From a virus (Duplodnaviria; Caudoviricetes), in IMG/VR virus record IMGVR_UViG_3300009154_000068, positions 1 to 57,279 of that record: 57,279 bases of DNA; one strand, 5' to 3'. Below the pieces are notes generated by a model. It saw nothing but the letters and a program-made list of their open reading frames with translations, did no database searches and was not told where the DNA came from. Positions 57,013-57,279 of this stretch are shown in pieces; positions within the stretch are counted from its first letter, which is position 1, and each line of letters starts with the position of its first letter. Both the position numbers and the translations under genes were made by a program.

Positions 57013-57279
57013 CTCGACTGGTCTATCTATACAACAACTGGCCACCATCAGCGATGAAGCATTAGATAATGCTTATCATTATGGTCGTAGTACCCCAGGT
57101 AATACATTTGGCTGGCAAGCAAACTTGAAGTCAGCGGCTTATGCTAAACAAATGATTGACAAGGGTGTTACTAATATTGAAGCCATTAGCGATGCTATTC
57201 ATAAAGGTTGGAATACCACTGCTCAAGCATTTGTAAAAAATCCTGATCAATTCAGTGACACCGAAAAACTAAAAGCCGC
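56642..57279 (+). CDS. Second modular polyprotein-like protein (3' truncated, not in ORF track)
   Basis: ATGA overlap; MKTKFILE...CNVCKQTPCQC...ELAEG...HGVAEG...; open to the window end. Confidence 0.8.
   Translation, partial: MKTKFILETSTLEDVLMTKYQDMKEACNVCKQTPCQCKKSDEKELAEGYFNHSIDDAFKMLDDLMRQERDLDIEPMLKRLSPELQKQLVQWAQTDGKAAVANDEYPEADWAARINKYLHGVAEGSTGLSIQQLATISDEALDNAYHYGRSTPGNTFGWQANLKSAAYAKQMIDKGVTNIEAISDAIHKGWNTTAQAFVKNPDQFSDTEKLKA

Noticed and set aside
1-57279. tRNA, rRNA, introns, IS elements, stop-codon reassignment
   Set aside because: No cloverleaf or T-loop motifs noticed in intergenic gaps; core genes are uninterrupted; standard code gives dense coding with all three stops used. 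Not confirmed by tRNAscan.

Overview
AT-rich (visually about one third GC) 57 kb fragment of a large T4-like tailed dsDNA phage. Sigma70-type early promoters, TATAAATA late promoters and a two-component spanin point to a Gram-negative host. Recognisable genes: terminase large subunit with a divergent HNH gene, gp32-like SSB, UvsX/UvsY/UvsW, gp44-like clamp loader, PhoH, GroES, DnaJ, ClpA-like chaperone, glycosyltransferases, tail fibre/baseplate genes, spanins, GH19 endolysin and holin. No tRNA, rRNA, CRISPR or IS element was seen. Three things stand out. (1) The late ORFs at 54483-57279 carry a T4-like capsid-targeting N-terminus and consist of unrelated modules joined in frame by a near-invariant GC-rich 16-bp repeat (AAGGTGTGGCGGAAGG = GVAE/G). 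This looks like a cassette-shuffling polyprotein whose DNA junction doubles as a prohead-protease cleavage site. (2) A late-promoter operon inside the tail cluster pairs a radical SAM/SPASM enzyme with a Cys-rich, adhesin-like partner. (3) A miniaturised DnaE-like polymerase core is split into two genes 12 kb apart, with the break just before the catalytic DxD. All family assignments come from motifs recognised by eye; no database search was run.
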